Part shown: positions 37,361 to 49,402 of the stretch, piece by piece | Numbering within the stretch: position 1 is the first letter of the stretch | Layout of the letters: each line of letters opens with the position of its first letter | Assembly (NCBI GenBank): GCA_030390025.1 | Contig: CM059433.1 | Location: 8,682,001 to 8,746,000, forward strand | Length of the DNA: 64,000 nucleotides | DNA from: Squalus acanthias | Taxonomy: Eukaryota | Reading direction: 5' to 3' | Made by a program: the position numbers and the translations under genes | The notes under the pieces: model-generated | What the model was told of the DNA's origin: nothing | The model's database searches: none | The model's input: only the letters and a program-made list of their open reading frames with translations

Positions 37361-38004
37361 CTCCTGATTGCTTCCCACCCCCATAATTCTGGTCGGATTT
37401 GGGCCAGAGGTGAACAGATACTCTGGAGCACCATTGCACCCTCCCGGATTCCAATTGCACACTGCTTCCGTCTGACTGAATTGTTCGGGTGTCCACAGGG
37501 TCTCCAAGCCTCCTGTTTGTGAAATTAGTTTTAAAGTTGTTCCTCCATAACAATAGAAATAGGTTTCCAAGTTCTTCAAGCAATGTATTGGACTTTTTCC
37601 ACTATAACACCCACTTATGTACCGTAAATATTAAAATTGCCTCATAAATATTCAGTCCCACAAAATGATGTTTCACTGTGCCAAATCAAATGAGTAAATT
37701 ATTAACATGCAGCAGAACAACTCAGTCTGCTTTCTGATTCACGGAGGAAAAAGTCAGTTCATTTGGATTTTAAATGGGCAATCTCAAAATAGAAATACTT
37801 CTATGAAGATCCTACATTTGAAACTATTGATGAGCATCATTGTCGGGATTATGGCCCTCGAGTGTTTTTGTCGCCGTGCTGGATACTAAATATTGAGTGG
37901 TTTCTTCACAAAATAGGGCAATCTGACTTGCAAACTAAGAATTTTTGACAACTCTGCTCCTTTTAAGTTTCAAATTCTGCTAACTGAAGAATTCAGGTCC
38001 TGCT

Positions 38005-38414
38005 CCAGGGACTCGAGCACATAAAGCTAGGCTGACACTCCAGTGCAGTGCTGAGGGAGTGCTGCACTGTCGGAGGTGCCGTCTTTCGGATGAGACGTTA
38101 AACCGAGGCCCCGTCTGCTCTCTCAGGTGGATGTAAAAGATCCCCATGGCCACTATTTTGAAGAAGAGCAGGGGGAGTTATCCCCGGTGTCCTGCGGCCA
38201 ATATTTCTCCCTCAACCAACATAACGAAAACAGATTATCTGGGTCATTATCACATCGCTGTCTGTGGGAGCTTGCTGTGCGCAAATTGGTTGCTGCGTTT
38301 CCCACATTACAACAGTGACTCCACTCCAAATAGTACTTCATTGGCTGTAAAGCGCTTTGAGACGTCCGGTGGTCGTGAAAGGCGCTATAGAAATGCAAGT
38401 CTTTCTTTCTTTCT
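38005..38414 (+). mobile_element. DeuSINE, head truncated
   Basis: Core and tail present. Confidence 0.88.
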
Positions 38415-39589
38415 TAACTATACGTAGGCTGGGTTTTCGGTCCTTAACCAAACTATCAAGTGGGTCACATTGAGGGAAAGATAGGTTGATCTCTCTGTCT
38501 GTTTCTCTTTCTATTTCTTTGCCGGGTTGCGTATCTGTGCTGGGCTGGACTGGCTAAACACCACTGCCCAAGAGTGGTGACATGTGGGTTGGTGTTTCTG
38601 GCGCTCGCTGCTCTCTCGATCTTGTCGTGCCAGCAAAGAAAGATCCCTCCTGAGTCAGTTGTCGACTTTTTCCCCTCTCCACATTTTCCTAGCATGTCTC
38701 ACCAGTGCAATTTACATCTGGCCTCATTTCTTTCACAAATAGTGCAATTTTATTATCACCAGCGTTGTATTGGCCCTAAAATGAATATTAAAAATATACA
38801 TTACATGCAGCAGGATTTGCTAATTTAAGCTTGTTAATTATATATTTGTGGTGTAACAGCAGGGTAAAACACTGGTTCAATAATTAATAGTTATTTCTAC
38901 AATGGGACTATTAGATAAAACGGCCAAAGGTTCAGGGGACAACACTAGGCGATCCGCAGGCAGAGGACGTGTGAAGTTTATTTTTTGCTGCTGGTTTTTG
39001 TGGACAGATGCAGAATGTTGAAGGGAAGCAGCAGCAGCCCTCGTGTTCCTGGTATAAGCACGCCTTAATCACAAACAACTTGTATGTCCCGGCTCTCATC
39101 ATATTCTTGCAGAGCTCAGGCAGACGATGGGATATGCCGACAATGGCTACTTGGATTACTGCTGCTGGTGTCAGAAAGGGGGTGAACAGAGGGAACTGAA
39201 CTAAAGAACTTTCTTTGGTTTGCTACCAGGTGCAAACTTCATTTGAGCAGATAACGTCCGGGGGGAACGGAAATCATTATTCTTCAATAAAATTGATGAA
39301 TGGATCAGCATGACTCTTCCCTATAGCTGTCAACTTCTGCAGGTTCATTGTGTAAAGCAGTACGCAGTACGTAACTAAAATGTGCGAACATTTAATTGTA
39401 GTTAGTCCATTGTTGTCGTGGCTCATCACCAAGTGATTGAAGCAGTAATAGAAGCAGTAAGTATATGCCTTTTCTGATAAAGTTTATAATTAAACTAATA
39501 AGGATTTAGCTTTCAGCCATCATCGTGAAAAAAAACTCTTTTTTAGACAGAAATCAATGATTGAGGCAATGTAGAACATTGTATAACAG

Positions 39590-39760
39590 TGAGAAGTCGC
39601 ACAACACCAGGTTATAGTCCAACAGCTTTATTTGAAATCACAAGCTTTCGGAGCGCTGCTCCTTCGTCAGGTGATTTCAAATAAAACTGTTGGACTATAA
39701 CCTGGTGTTGTGCGAGTTCTCACTTTTGTCCACCCCAGTCCAACACCAGCATCTCCGCAT
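39590..39760. mobile_element. Penelope-like family A mini-insertion with inverted arms and hammerhead (39638-39674, -)
   Basis: TSD CATTGTATAACAG at 39577-39589 and 39761-39773; arms of about 54 bp. Confidence 0.87.
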
Positions 39761-39800
39761 CATTGTATAACAGGGCCAAGGTGAAATCTCCACTAGAAAT

Positions 39801-40403
39801 CTTCTTCTTCTTCTTCTTCTTAGGCAGTCCCTCAGAACCGAGGAAGACTTGCTTCCACGCTAAAAATGAGTTCTCAGGTGACTGGTGAGTCCAATGCGGG
39901 ACCTACAGTCTCTGTCACAGGTGGGGCAGACGGTGGTTGAAGGGGTGGGTGGGTTGATGTGCGCTCCTTCTGCTGTTTGCGCTTGGCTTCCGCTTGCTCC
40001 CAACGAAGAGACTCGAGGTGTTCGGCGCCTTCCCGGATGCTTCTCCTCCACTTTGTACGGTCTTGGGCCAGGGATTCCCAGGTGTCGGTGGGGATGTTGC
40101 ACTTTTTCAAGGAGGCTTTGAGGGTGTCCTTGAAGCGTTTCCTTTGCCCACCTGGGGCTCTCTTGCCGTGCCGGAGCTCCGAGTAGAGCGCTTGTTTTGG
40201 GAGTCTCGTATCGGGCATGCGGACAATGTGACCCGTCCATTGGAGCTGAGCGAGCGTGGTCAAAGCTTCGATGCTGGGGATGTTGGCCTGAGCAAGAGCA
40301 CTAACGTTGGTGCGCCTATCCTCCCAATGGATTTGCAGAATCTTGCAGAGGCAGCGTTGGTGGTACCTCTCCAGAGCTTTGAGGTGCCTGCTGTACATGG
40401 TCC
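39801..40403 (-). mobile_element. RTE-type LINE, 5'-truncated, with perfect TSD
   Basis: LERYHQRCLCKILQIHWEDR..W.GHIVRMPDTRLPKQ; (GAA)n tail; 17-bp TSD AAATCTCCACTAGAAAT at 39784-39800 and 40404-40420. Confidence 0.95.
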
Positions 40404-41029
40404 AAATCTCCACTAGAAATACAGAGCACTCCACAAAACATGCAACCCTCAAGATATGAGCCACCTCCACCTCCCACCGCACCCATTACCTTATTGTTTT
40501 AACTTCTATAAGCAGAGTTGTTCAATTAGTGCCAACCGGACTGGATCTAAGGAAGCTTCTGGTGGGTACTCCTGTAGAGTTGAACCTTCCCAATTCGTTT
40601 CTGTCCCGATCAGTAACAGCTCATGGACGAAGGGCACTGTTTTTCTTCGTGTCCCGACTGTATTCAAGCACTGTTCCCAGAGGCTCGAGGATTGAGCTCT
40701 CACGCATACCTCCTGACATACACCATCAGCTCGTTGAGCCACAGGGCTGTTGCAATTGCCATTTGATGTGCCGAAGGGTGTGCAGCTAGTTTGCTGGGGC
40801 AGTTGGAGTGTTCAGGTGTTTATATTGTCATGACTTGGCTTGATGGCCCTTGTTGTGCTGAATAGGGCCCAAAAGGAGTAACAATAATAAGGCTTATTTA
40901 AAGTTTAGAACCTCTCCAAATAACTACATTCACCACATCTGCTAATTGATAGGACTTTATCATATTTCTTAATCGTGTTGAGGATTCAAGTAATAATACC
41001 GCACAGTAAAGAAACATTGGATACCGCAG

Positions 41030-41505
41030 TTTATAGTCCAACAGTTTTAATTGAAATCACAAGCTTTCGGAGCTGCTGCTCCTTCGTCAGGTGAAGTGAA
41101 GGAATACAAATCGGCAAAGCATATATAGACAGAGAACAATGCCTGTGACATCCAAGGCGGCCTTCGAGACACACGACAACGCAAAAAAACTCATCGAGCA
41201 GAAACTGATAGCCAAGTTCCGCACCCATGAGGACGGCCTCAACCGGGATCTTGGGTTCATGTCACGCTACATGTAAGCCCACCTGATGTAGAGTCATCCG
41301 GACTCGAGTCGTCGTTGGCTTGTTCTCTCTACACAGATGCGGCCGGACCTGCTGTGATTTCCAGCGAAAAAAGTAAAAAGTTTTTTGACGAAGGAGCAGC
41401 GCTCCGAAAGCTTGTGATTTCAAATAAAGCTGTTGGACTATAACCTGGTGTTGTGCGACTTCTCACATTTGTCCACCCCAGTCCAACACCGGCATCTCCA
41501 CATCA
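41030..41505. mobile_element. Penelope-like family A, rearranged copy
   Basis: Inverted terminal repeat with hammerhead (41057-41094, -); GIY-YIG C-terminus EQKLIAKFRTHEDGLNRDLGFMSRYM* (+); damaged hammerhead at about 41281; then terminal repeat. Confidence 0.85.
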
Positions 41506-41511
41506 TGATTC

Positions 41512-41733
41512 TTTCAGGCAGTGAGTTCCAGACCCACACCACCCTCTGGGCGAAAAAATCTCCCCTCAAATCCCCTCTAAACCGCCGACCAATTACTTTA
41601 AATCTGTGCCCCCTGGTTATTGACCCCTCTGCTAGGGGAAATAGGTCCTTCCTGTCCACTCTATCTAGCCCCCTCATAATTTTATACACCTCAATAAGGT
41701 CTCCCCTCAGCCTCCTCTGTTCCAAAGAAAACA
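41512..41733 (-). mobile_element. CR1 ORF2 fragment
   Basis: LFSLEQRRLRGDLIEVYKIMRG..WNSLP. Confidence 0.88.
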
Positions 41734-42131
41734 ATTTATATACCTGCAAGAGTAAGGGGGCCCTCGCAAAAAAAAAACATTACCCACGCACCAATTGTCT
41801 ATTATAAGACTACCGTGAACCAGACTCTTTACCCCACCCCCCTTTCTAAATCTTCCTGTCTCCACCCCTCTCCCCGCCGCGACATTCCTAGCTGCTTTAT
41901 GCTGAGAACTTGAAAATTCCCACAAACAGAATTTTTTCCCTGTCGTTGTGGTGTTTATTTTTTATAATATAACAAAGACATAAAATGTTATCGAAGTTAC
42001 ACAAAGATATTAAACTTATCTCGACAGCAAAATTTTGTTTCAACAATGTTTTCTGCTGGGCGGCCTGTGCCGATATGGAAAGCCTGAGCCTTGAGTTCAT
42101 CCAGTTTCCCTGAATTCTCACTGTCACCTTG

Positions 42132-42845
42132 GGGGCGATTTTGCCAGCCCTGGGGAGGCAGGTATGGAGGCAGGACTGCCCATCCCGCCCCCAAATCCGC
42201 CCCCGTGCCATCTTCCCAGGAGGCGGGTACCCGACCCGCGCCGGGTCGCGTCTCCTCGAGGCGGGAAGGGGATTAGTGCCAATTAACTGCCTGTTAACAG
42301 GTAGTTAACAGGTAGTTAACAGGCAGTTTTTTGGCTAATCCCTATTTTGAGCCCTAAAGTGTGGGCTTCCCGACGGCTCCGAACCTCACCAGGGTCAGCG
42401 AGGCGAGCCGTGGGTCTACGGGGGTCGGAGGGGCCGAAATGTCCGCTGTGCAGGTGAGTGATGAGTGCAAGTGTGGAGCGGTAAGTGTGTGAGGTGAGTC
42501 TAAAGTGTTTTAATAAGATTACTTACCTTTGCTTCTTCCTCCAGGCTTCATCTCACCGGCAGAGAAAGCAGAATGGCCGTCGTATTCTTAAATGCAGCAG
42601 CCTTCTGCTTTCTGCTCAGGAAAGAGGTTTGGTGAGCCTTGAGTACAAGGACTCACCAAAGAACAGAGATTGACGTTCTCGGTCACCGGCTTTCCCTTAA
42701 CTGGCCTGCTAAGCCCACTGGGCGGGCTTAACAAGGTCAATCAAGGGAAAATAGCGTGGGTTGGCCAGACGTCGATGGAGGTGGGACTGAAACCTGACAA
42801 GCAGCAGTCCCGCCTCCATCACGTCCCCGTTGATAAAATCACCCC
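42132..42845 (+). mobile_element. Harbinger-type MITE
   Basis: TIR GGGGCGATTTT / AAAATCACCCC; inverted homologue at 52072-52846. Confidence 0.85.
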
Positions 42846-43594
42846 ATGAACAGACTCAAAAAGATGGCACCCGACAGCTTGCTCTGCACTTTGCCTATAA
42901 CCTCCTGAATTTAAAAACAAAATGATGGTTAGCAAGACTTGGCCAAATACAGAAGCCCCTGTCTTTCTATTTTATGTGTTTGCCGCCTTGCCGCCACCCC
43001 CCCCACCCCGCCCGCCCCTCCCCCCCCACTTCTGTTATTTAGCTTCTCATGAGCGTTTGTGACAATTGTTGTAAATTATTTATTTTCTGCCCCCAACACT
43101 AGTGGGCTTCACAAAGGGAATATTCCTATCTGAGGTGGTTGGACAAAGAAAATCAATAAGGTGATGGCTGCTCGAGAGGTGCTCTGTGGCCAGCCAGTGG
43201 TACGCACATCTGCAAATGAATTAATCTCAGAAAATTTGATGGAAACATCAGGGAAATCATTTTTTTTTTAAAAACGATCCACGAATGTAACGGGTATCTG
43301 TTTCTTTTTGTATAGATCTGCAATCTGCTATGTATATAAAAATGGGAATGTATAATGTGTATTTTGTTAAGTAACAGCTCACTGTTATTTGGTGTTCAGT
43401 GATAGGAGTGTGATAGAAAGAGGTATCTTACTGTGGATCAGGTTATCAAAGTTTGACTTCAGGCTGGTTAACTGGGTTTATACCAATTAAGCACCCACAT
43501 AAACTACGGTGCGGAGATGCCGGTGTTGGACTGGGGTGGACAAAAGTGAGAAGTCGCACAACACCAGGTTATAGTCCAACAGTTTTATTTGAAA

Positions 43595-43632
43595 TCACAA
43601 GCTTTCGGAGCGGCTGCTCCTTCGTCAGGTGA
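43595..43632 (-). ncRNA. Minimal type I hammerhead ribozyme motif (family A)
   Basis: Reverse complement reads TCAC-CTGACGA-A-GGAGC agcc GCTCC-GAAA-GC-T-T-GTGA. Confidence 0.8.
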
Positions 43633-43963
43633 AGTGAAGGAATACAAATCGGCACAGCATATATAGACAGAGAACAATGCCTGTGCAGCGTACAATGTCA
43701 GACGACTACAGTTAATCTTTCTGACTGCCTTTGATCACACCTCGGCAGAGAAACAATCAGGTCAGTCAGGAAGACATTATATCAAAGACATAGCAAAATA
43801 CAACTGAGACAATGAGGTGGGGTCACAGGGGGTCTAATGTGTCAAATGCTGCAGTCTGTATGGAAAAACATAAACTTTAAACTTTTTACTTTTTTTACTG
43901 GAAATCACATCTGTGAACAAGCCAACGACGACTCGAGTCTGGATGACTCTACGTCAGGTGGGC

Positions 43964-44412
43964 TTACATGTAGCGTGACATGAACCCAAGATCCCGGTTG
44001 AGGCCGTCCTCATGGGTGCAGAACTTGGCTATCAGTTTCTGCTCGATGATTTTGCGTTGTCGTGTGTCTCGAAGGCCGCCTTGGAGAACGCTTACCCGAA
44101 GATCCGAGGCTGAATGTCCTTGATTGCTGAAGTGTTCCCCGACTGGGAGGGAACACTCCTGCCTGGCGATTGTTGCGCGGTGTCCGTTCATACGTTGTCG
44201 CAGTGTCTGCATGGTCTCACCGATGTACCATGCCGCGGTGCATTCTTTCCTGCAACGTATGAGGTAGACAATGTTGGCCGAGTCACATGAGTATGTACCA
44301 TGTACCTGGTGGGTAGTGTCCTCACGTGTGATGATGGTATCTGTGTTGATGATCTGGCATGTCTTGCAGAGGTTGCCGTGGCAGGGTTGTGTGGTGTCGT
44401 GGTCGCTGTTCT
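43964..44412 (-). pseudogene. GIY-YIG endonuclease C-terminal domain of a Penelope-like element
   Basis: PCHGNLCKTC..YSCDSANIVYLIRCRKECTAAWYIGETMQTLRQRMNGH..VGEHF..IEQKLIAKF..GLNRD; 5'-truncated. Confidence 0.92.
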
Positions 44413-44688
44413 CCTGATGCGGCCGGACCTGCTGTGATTTCCAGCAAAAAAAGTTTTTTGTTTTCCATACAGACCCCAGCATCTGCCACATTTGACCCCT
44501 TGTGACCCCACCTCATTGTCTTTGATGTAATGTTTTCCTGACTGACCTGTTTGGACACCATCCACACCTTTGATTGCCGTGACTATCTCTCTGCCGAGGT
44601 GTGATAAAGGGCAGTTAGAAAGATTAACTGTAGTCATCTGGCAGTGTTCTCTGACTATATATGCTGTGCCTATATGCATCTCTTCACT

Positions 44689-44725
44689 TCACCTGACGAA
44701 GGAGCAGCGCTCCGAAAGCTTGTGA
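44689..44725 (+). ncRNA. Minimal type I hammerhead ribozyme motif (family A)
   Basis: TCAC-CTGACGA-A-GGAG cagcg CTCC-GAAA-GC-T-T-GTGA; predicted cleavage after 44721. Confidence 0.82.
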
Positions 44726-44778
44726 TTTCAAATAAAGCTGTTGGACTATAACCTGGTGTTGTGCGACTTCTCACATTT

Positions 44779-44950
44779 GCCTGAAAGGGTGGTAGAGGCA
44801 GAAACCCTCATCACATTTAAAAAGTGCTTGGATATGCACCTGAAGTGCCGTAACCTACAAGGCTACGGACCAAGAGCTGGAAAGTGAGATTAGGCTGGAT
44901 AGCTCTTTGTCAGCTGGCGCGGACAAGATGGGCCGAAATGGCCTCTTTCC
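44779..44950 (+). mobile_element. CR1 3' end
   Basis: Homologous to 5440-5610. Confidence 0.85.
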
Positions 44951-46017
44951 ATGCTGGAGTCATACCTAGCACAAAGGAAGATGGTTGTGGTGGTTGAAGG
45001 TCAATCATCACAGCCCCAGGACATCGCTGCAGGAGTTCCTCAGGGCAGTGTCCTAGGCCCAACCATCTTCAGCTGCTTCATCAATGACCTTCCCTCCAAC
45101 ATAAGGTCAGAAATGGGGATGTTCGCTGATGACTGCACAGTGTTCAGCGCCATTCACAACTCCTCAGATAATGAAGCAGTCCATGCCCGCATGCAACAAG
45201 ACCTGGACGACGTTCAGGCTTGGGCTGATAAGTGGCAGGTAACATTCGCGCCACAGAAGCGCCAGGCAATGACTATCTCCAACAAGCGAGAGTCTAACCA
45301 CCGCCCCTTGACATTCAATGGCATTACCATCGCTGAATCCCCCACCATCAACATCCTAGAGGTCACCATTGACAAGAAACTTAACTGGACCAGCCACATA
45401 AATACTGTGGCAACAAGAGCAGGTCAGAGGCTAGGTATTCTGCGACGAGTGTCTCACCTCCTGACTCCCCAAAGCCTTTCCACCATCTACAAGGCACAAG
45501 TAAGGAGTGTGATGGAATACTCTCCACTTGCCTGGATGAGTGCAGCTCCAACAACACTCAAGAAGCTCGACACCATCCAGGACAAAGCAGCCCGCTTGAT
45601 TGGCACCCCACCCACCACCTTAAACATTCACTCCCTCCACCACTGGCGCACCATGGCTGCAGTGTGTACCATCTACAAGATGCACTGCAGCAACTCGCCA
45701 AGGCTTCTTCGGCAGCACCTCCCAAACCCGCGACCTTTACCACCTAGAAGGACAAGGGCAGCAGGCGCATGGGAACACCACCACCTGCAAGTTCCCCTCC
45801 AAGTCACACACCATCCTGACTTAGAAGTATATCGGCCGTTCCTTCATCGTTGCTGGGTCAAAATCCTGGCACTCCCTCCCTAACAGCACTGTGGGAGTAC
45901 CTTCACCACACGGACTGCAGCGGTTCAAGAAGGTGGCTCACCACCAACTTCTCAAGGGCAACTAGGGATGGGCAATAAATGCTGGCCTTGCCAGCGACGC
46001 CCAGATCCCATAAAAAA
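44951..46017 (+). mobile_element. LINE-B 3' part with reverse transcriptase C-half
   Basis: GVPQGSVLGP, FADD and 310-aa open frame; tail GGGATGGGCAATAAATGCTGGCCTTGCCAGCGACGCCC plus A-run. Confidence 0.93.
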
Positions 46018-46365
46018 CAAATCTAAATTTTTATTTTTTTAAATTCTAATTTCTAATTTCTAAATGTTTCTTCTCCAGCTGTTAACTGTCCCATTTAGGA
46101 TATGTGACTGTATGGGCAGCCTACTTTGCCCTGTAGTTCCCATTTATCTTGGGAGGCAAATCAGTAGCCCCACAAATCTCCTGACAACTGGCAGTACCAT
46201 TCCACCACTGATCCCACAGGAACTGAGCAGTCAAAGGTTCAGCAGCAGCTACATTTGAACCATTTCTGACAAGTGACCTTGACTGATGCTAAAATCCAGT
46301 CATAGCGTTGGAACCATCAATAAGACTATAATGAGGTGTGCTGCTCTTGTAGCAAGAGATTCCTA

Positions 46366-46890
46366 TAGCTCGAGGAACAGCACCTCATCTTTCGATTAGG
46401 CACTTTACAGCCTTCTGGACTCAACATAGAGTTCAACAATTTCAGATCATAACCTCGGCCCCTATCACATATATATTTTATCCACACTTTTTGTTTGTGC
46501 CTTCTGTTCTTCTCTCCCACATGGCAGCTGTCTTTCATTCTGCCAGCGCAATTTACACTTCATCTAGAGCCATCCTTTGTTTCTTAACCTGTCCCATTAC
46601 CATCTCCTTTTGCCTTGAATATCTCTTAATGTCTCTTAACTTCTCCTGCCTTCTATCCGATCACAGACCTTCCCTTTTGTTCTTTCATCCTCTCCCGCAT
46701 TTCCCGGCCCCTGCACTTGCTTAAAAATCTGTTCCGTTTCCTGCTTTTTTCCAGGTCTGACGAAAGGTCATTGACCTGAAACGTTAACTCTGTTTCTCTC
46801 TTCACAGATGCTGCCTGACCTGCTGAGTGTCTCCAGCATTTTCTGTTTTTATTTCAGATTTCCAGCAATCTGCAGTATTTTCTTTTTGTA
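46366..46890 (+). mobile_element. Penelope-like family B 3' end with hammerhead motif (46753-46789)
   Basis: LEEQHLIFRLGTLQPSGLNIEFNNFRS*, then terminal repeat with CTGACGA-A-AGGTC att GACCT-GAAA-CGTT-AACT. Confidence 0.85.
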
Positions 46891-47615
46891 TTCCTGTAGT
46901 CATTCTGACTCGTCTGGCTGCGCAGCAGAGAGATCGAGCATTAGAAATTCTGGGATTCACTGCTTCCCTTCTCTTCCAGCTCTATTTGTGGGATGTGGGA
47001 AATACATAAATATCATTGGGAAAAAATAACCTTTAATCCACCTTCTTCTCACTTGCTGCTGTGCTTAGTCAACGTGCAACTGTTAGTTAAGCAGTAGGAA
47101 GTTGAGCAATATTTACAGCTACCATGAAAGTAGCAGATTAATCCCAGCTTGTCAGTGCTTGCCTCACGCCTCTGTTTGCTCTGTTCCTATAACAGGCAGT
47201 TAGATTGTGGAAGACAAAGGCAAAGGTGCAGCCAAAGGAGTGGGCTTCTTGACTCAACCACGCCCCCTTTGATCCTCTGACTTAATTATAACCGATGGTT
47301 AGATCATGGTCCGAGTTGTTTTCTAGCGGCAGCTGGAGTTCCAGCCTGTGTGACGAGCTCCATCAGTTCTTCAATCGTTACTAAATACTAAGTGCTTCCT
47401 GCTAGTGAGCACACTGTCCATTTCATTTCAGTGAGATATTCTTTTTTGTCTCCTGGCTTCTCCACAAAGGCCTGAAGAAATCTTGAATCTAGTCAACTGC
47501 TTGCTTGAATCTTAACTGATCTCGATGCAGATATTTAGAAAGAAAAGATTAAAAACAAACCGTGTCAGACATGATGTATTTATTTGTCTAGGTATTGGTT
47601 TAGTGGCTGTCCCAA

Positions 47616-48481
47616 TTTTTTTTTATTCGTTCATGGGATGTGGGCGTCGCTGGCAAGGCCAGCATTTATTGCCCATCCCTATTTACCCTTGAGAAGGTGG
47701 TGGTGAGCCGTCTTCTTGAACCGCTGCAGTCCGTGTGGCGAAGGTGCTCCCACAGTGCTGTTAGGGAGGGAGTTCCAGGATTTTGACCCAGCGATGATGA
47801 AGGATCGGCGATATACTTCCAAGTCAGGATGGTGTGTGATTTGGAGGGGAACTTGGACTTGGTGGTGTTCCCATGCGCCTGCTGCCCTTGTCCTTCTAGA
47901 TGGAAGAGGTCGCGGGTTTGGGAGGTGCTGCCGAAGAAGCCTTGGCACGTTGCTGCAGTGCATCTTGTAGATGGTACACACTGCAGCCATGGTGCGCCGG
48001 TGGTGGAGGGAGTGAATGTTTAAGGTGGTGGATGGGGTGCCAATCAAGCGGGCTGCTTTGTCCTGGATGGTGTCGAGCTTCTTGAGTGTTGCTGGAGCTG
48101 CCCTCATCCAGGCAAGTGGAGAGTATTCCATCACACTCCTGACTTGTGCCTTGTAGATGGTGGAAAGGCTTTGGGGAGTCAGGAGGTGAGTCACTCGCCG
48201 CAGAATTCCTAGCCTCTGACCTGCTCTTGTTGCCACAGTATTTATGTGGCTGGTCCAGTTAAGTTTCTGGTCAATGGTCACCCCCAGGATGTTGATGGTG
48301 GGGGATTCGGCGATGGTAATGCTGTTGAATGTCAAGGGGCGGTGGTTAGACTCTCGCTTGTTGGAGAAAGTCATTGCCTGGCACTTGTGTGGCGCGAATG
48401 TTAGCTGCCACTTATCAGCCCAAGCCTGAACGTTGTCCAGATCTTGTGGGCATGGACTGCTTCATTATCTGAGGAGTTGTA
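47616..48481 (-). mobile_element. LINE-B 3' fragment
   Basis: 231-aa ORF nearly identical to 45270-45960; inverted relative to it. Confidence 0.93.
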
Positions 48482-49154
48482 AATAGCATAGTCCTTTAAA
48501 CATAGTCCTTGTGCCTGGGGTGTTTAGCAGCAAGCTAAAGACAAAGTAATGCCCCAGCAGGTCCCAACACAATGTTGCAAGTTTCATTGGTACAGGTTTG
48601 AGAGAGATATAATTCAAATTTATACAGTATGTGTGATTTGGTTTAGTTTGTCTTTCACTGTCAGCTCCTTTTGAATTTGAGGTCAGATATCCAAAATTTT
48701 GGAAGTCCCAGTCACTGTTTTCTGGGGAAAAATAAGAGCTTCCTTTGCTTACATTGGGAATAGTTGAAAATCCCATGAGGAGGTAGTTTGAAATCTCAGG
48801 AATGCAAACAGTCAGTTCCGGTTAATTTAAGATTCCCTAATCACTGGGAAAACACTGGAGTAGATCTTGGTTTTCCCCACCCAGATGGTACTCTGGAGAG
48901 GAGGATCACGCCCCCTTTATAGAACATTGCAATCAATGGAATGACAATCAGACGGGGTCCTATAAAGGGCAGGTGATCCACTCAGGGGGTAAAGGCAAGC
49001 ATCGACCCCACCACGTGCATTTGAAGAGTTATCTACAAAGAATTAACTTAGTTCTGAGTGCCGCTAATTTATTTGGTTAACTTGAGGAATTAGGTGGCAA
49101 GTTGTTGACTGTCAATATGTTTCTATGTTATATGACTGTTACTTATGTTACTTA

Positions 49155-49402
49155 AGCATCCGGGAAAGCGCCGAACACCTCGAGTCTCTTCGCCGGGAGC
49201 AAGCGGAAGCCAAGCGCAAGCAGGGCAAGGAGCGCACGTCAACTCAAGCACCCCACCCACCCGCCCCTTCAACCACTGTCTGCCCCACCTGTGACAGAGA
49301 CTGTAGGTCCCACATTGGACTCATCAGTCACCTGAGAACTCATTTTTAGTGTGGAAGCAAGTCATCCTCGGTTCCGAGGGACTGCCTAAGAGAAGAGAGA
49401 GA
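49155..49402 (+). mobile_element. RTE-type LINE 3' end
   Basis: VCPTCDRDCRSHIGLISHLRTHF*; flanking duplication GTTACTTA(TGT). Confidence 0.9.

Larger units (their letters stand above)
43509..44778. mobile_element. Penelope-like family A element with long inverted arms
   Basis: 43545-43910 is the diverged reverse complement of 44433-44778; GIY-YIG fragment lies between them. Confidence 0.88.

Noticed and set aside
39113..39204. Peptide GYLDYCCWCQKGG, reminiscent of a phospholipase A2 calcium loop
   Set aside because: Key glycines are absent, a stop follows shortly and no other exons are found; likely chance.
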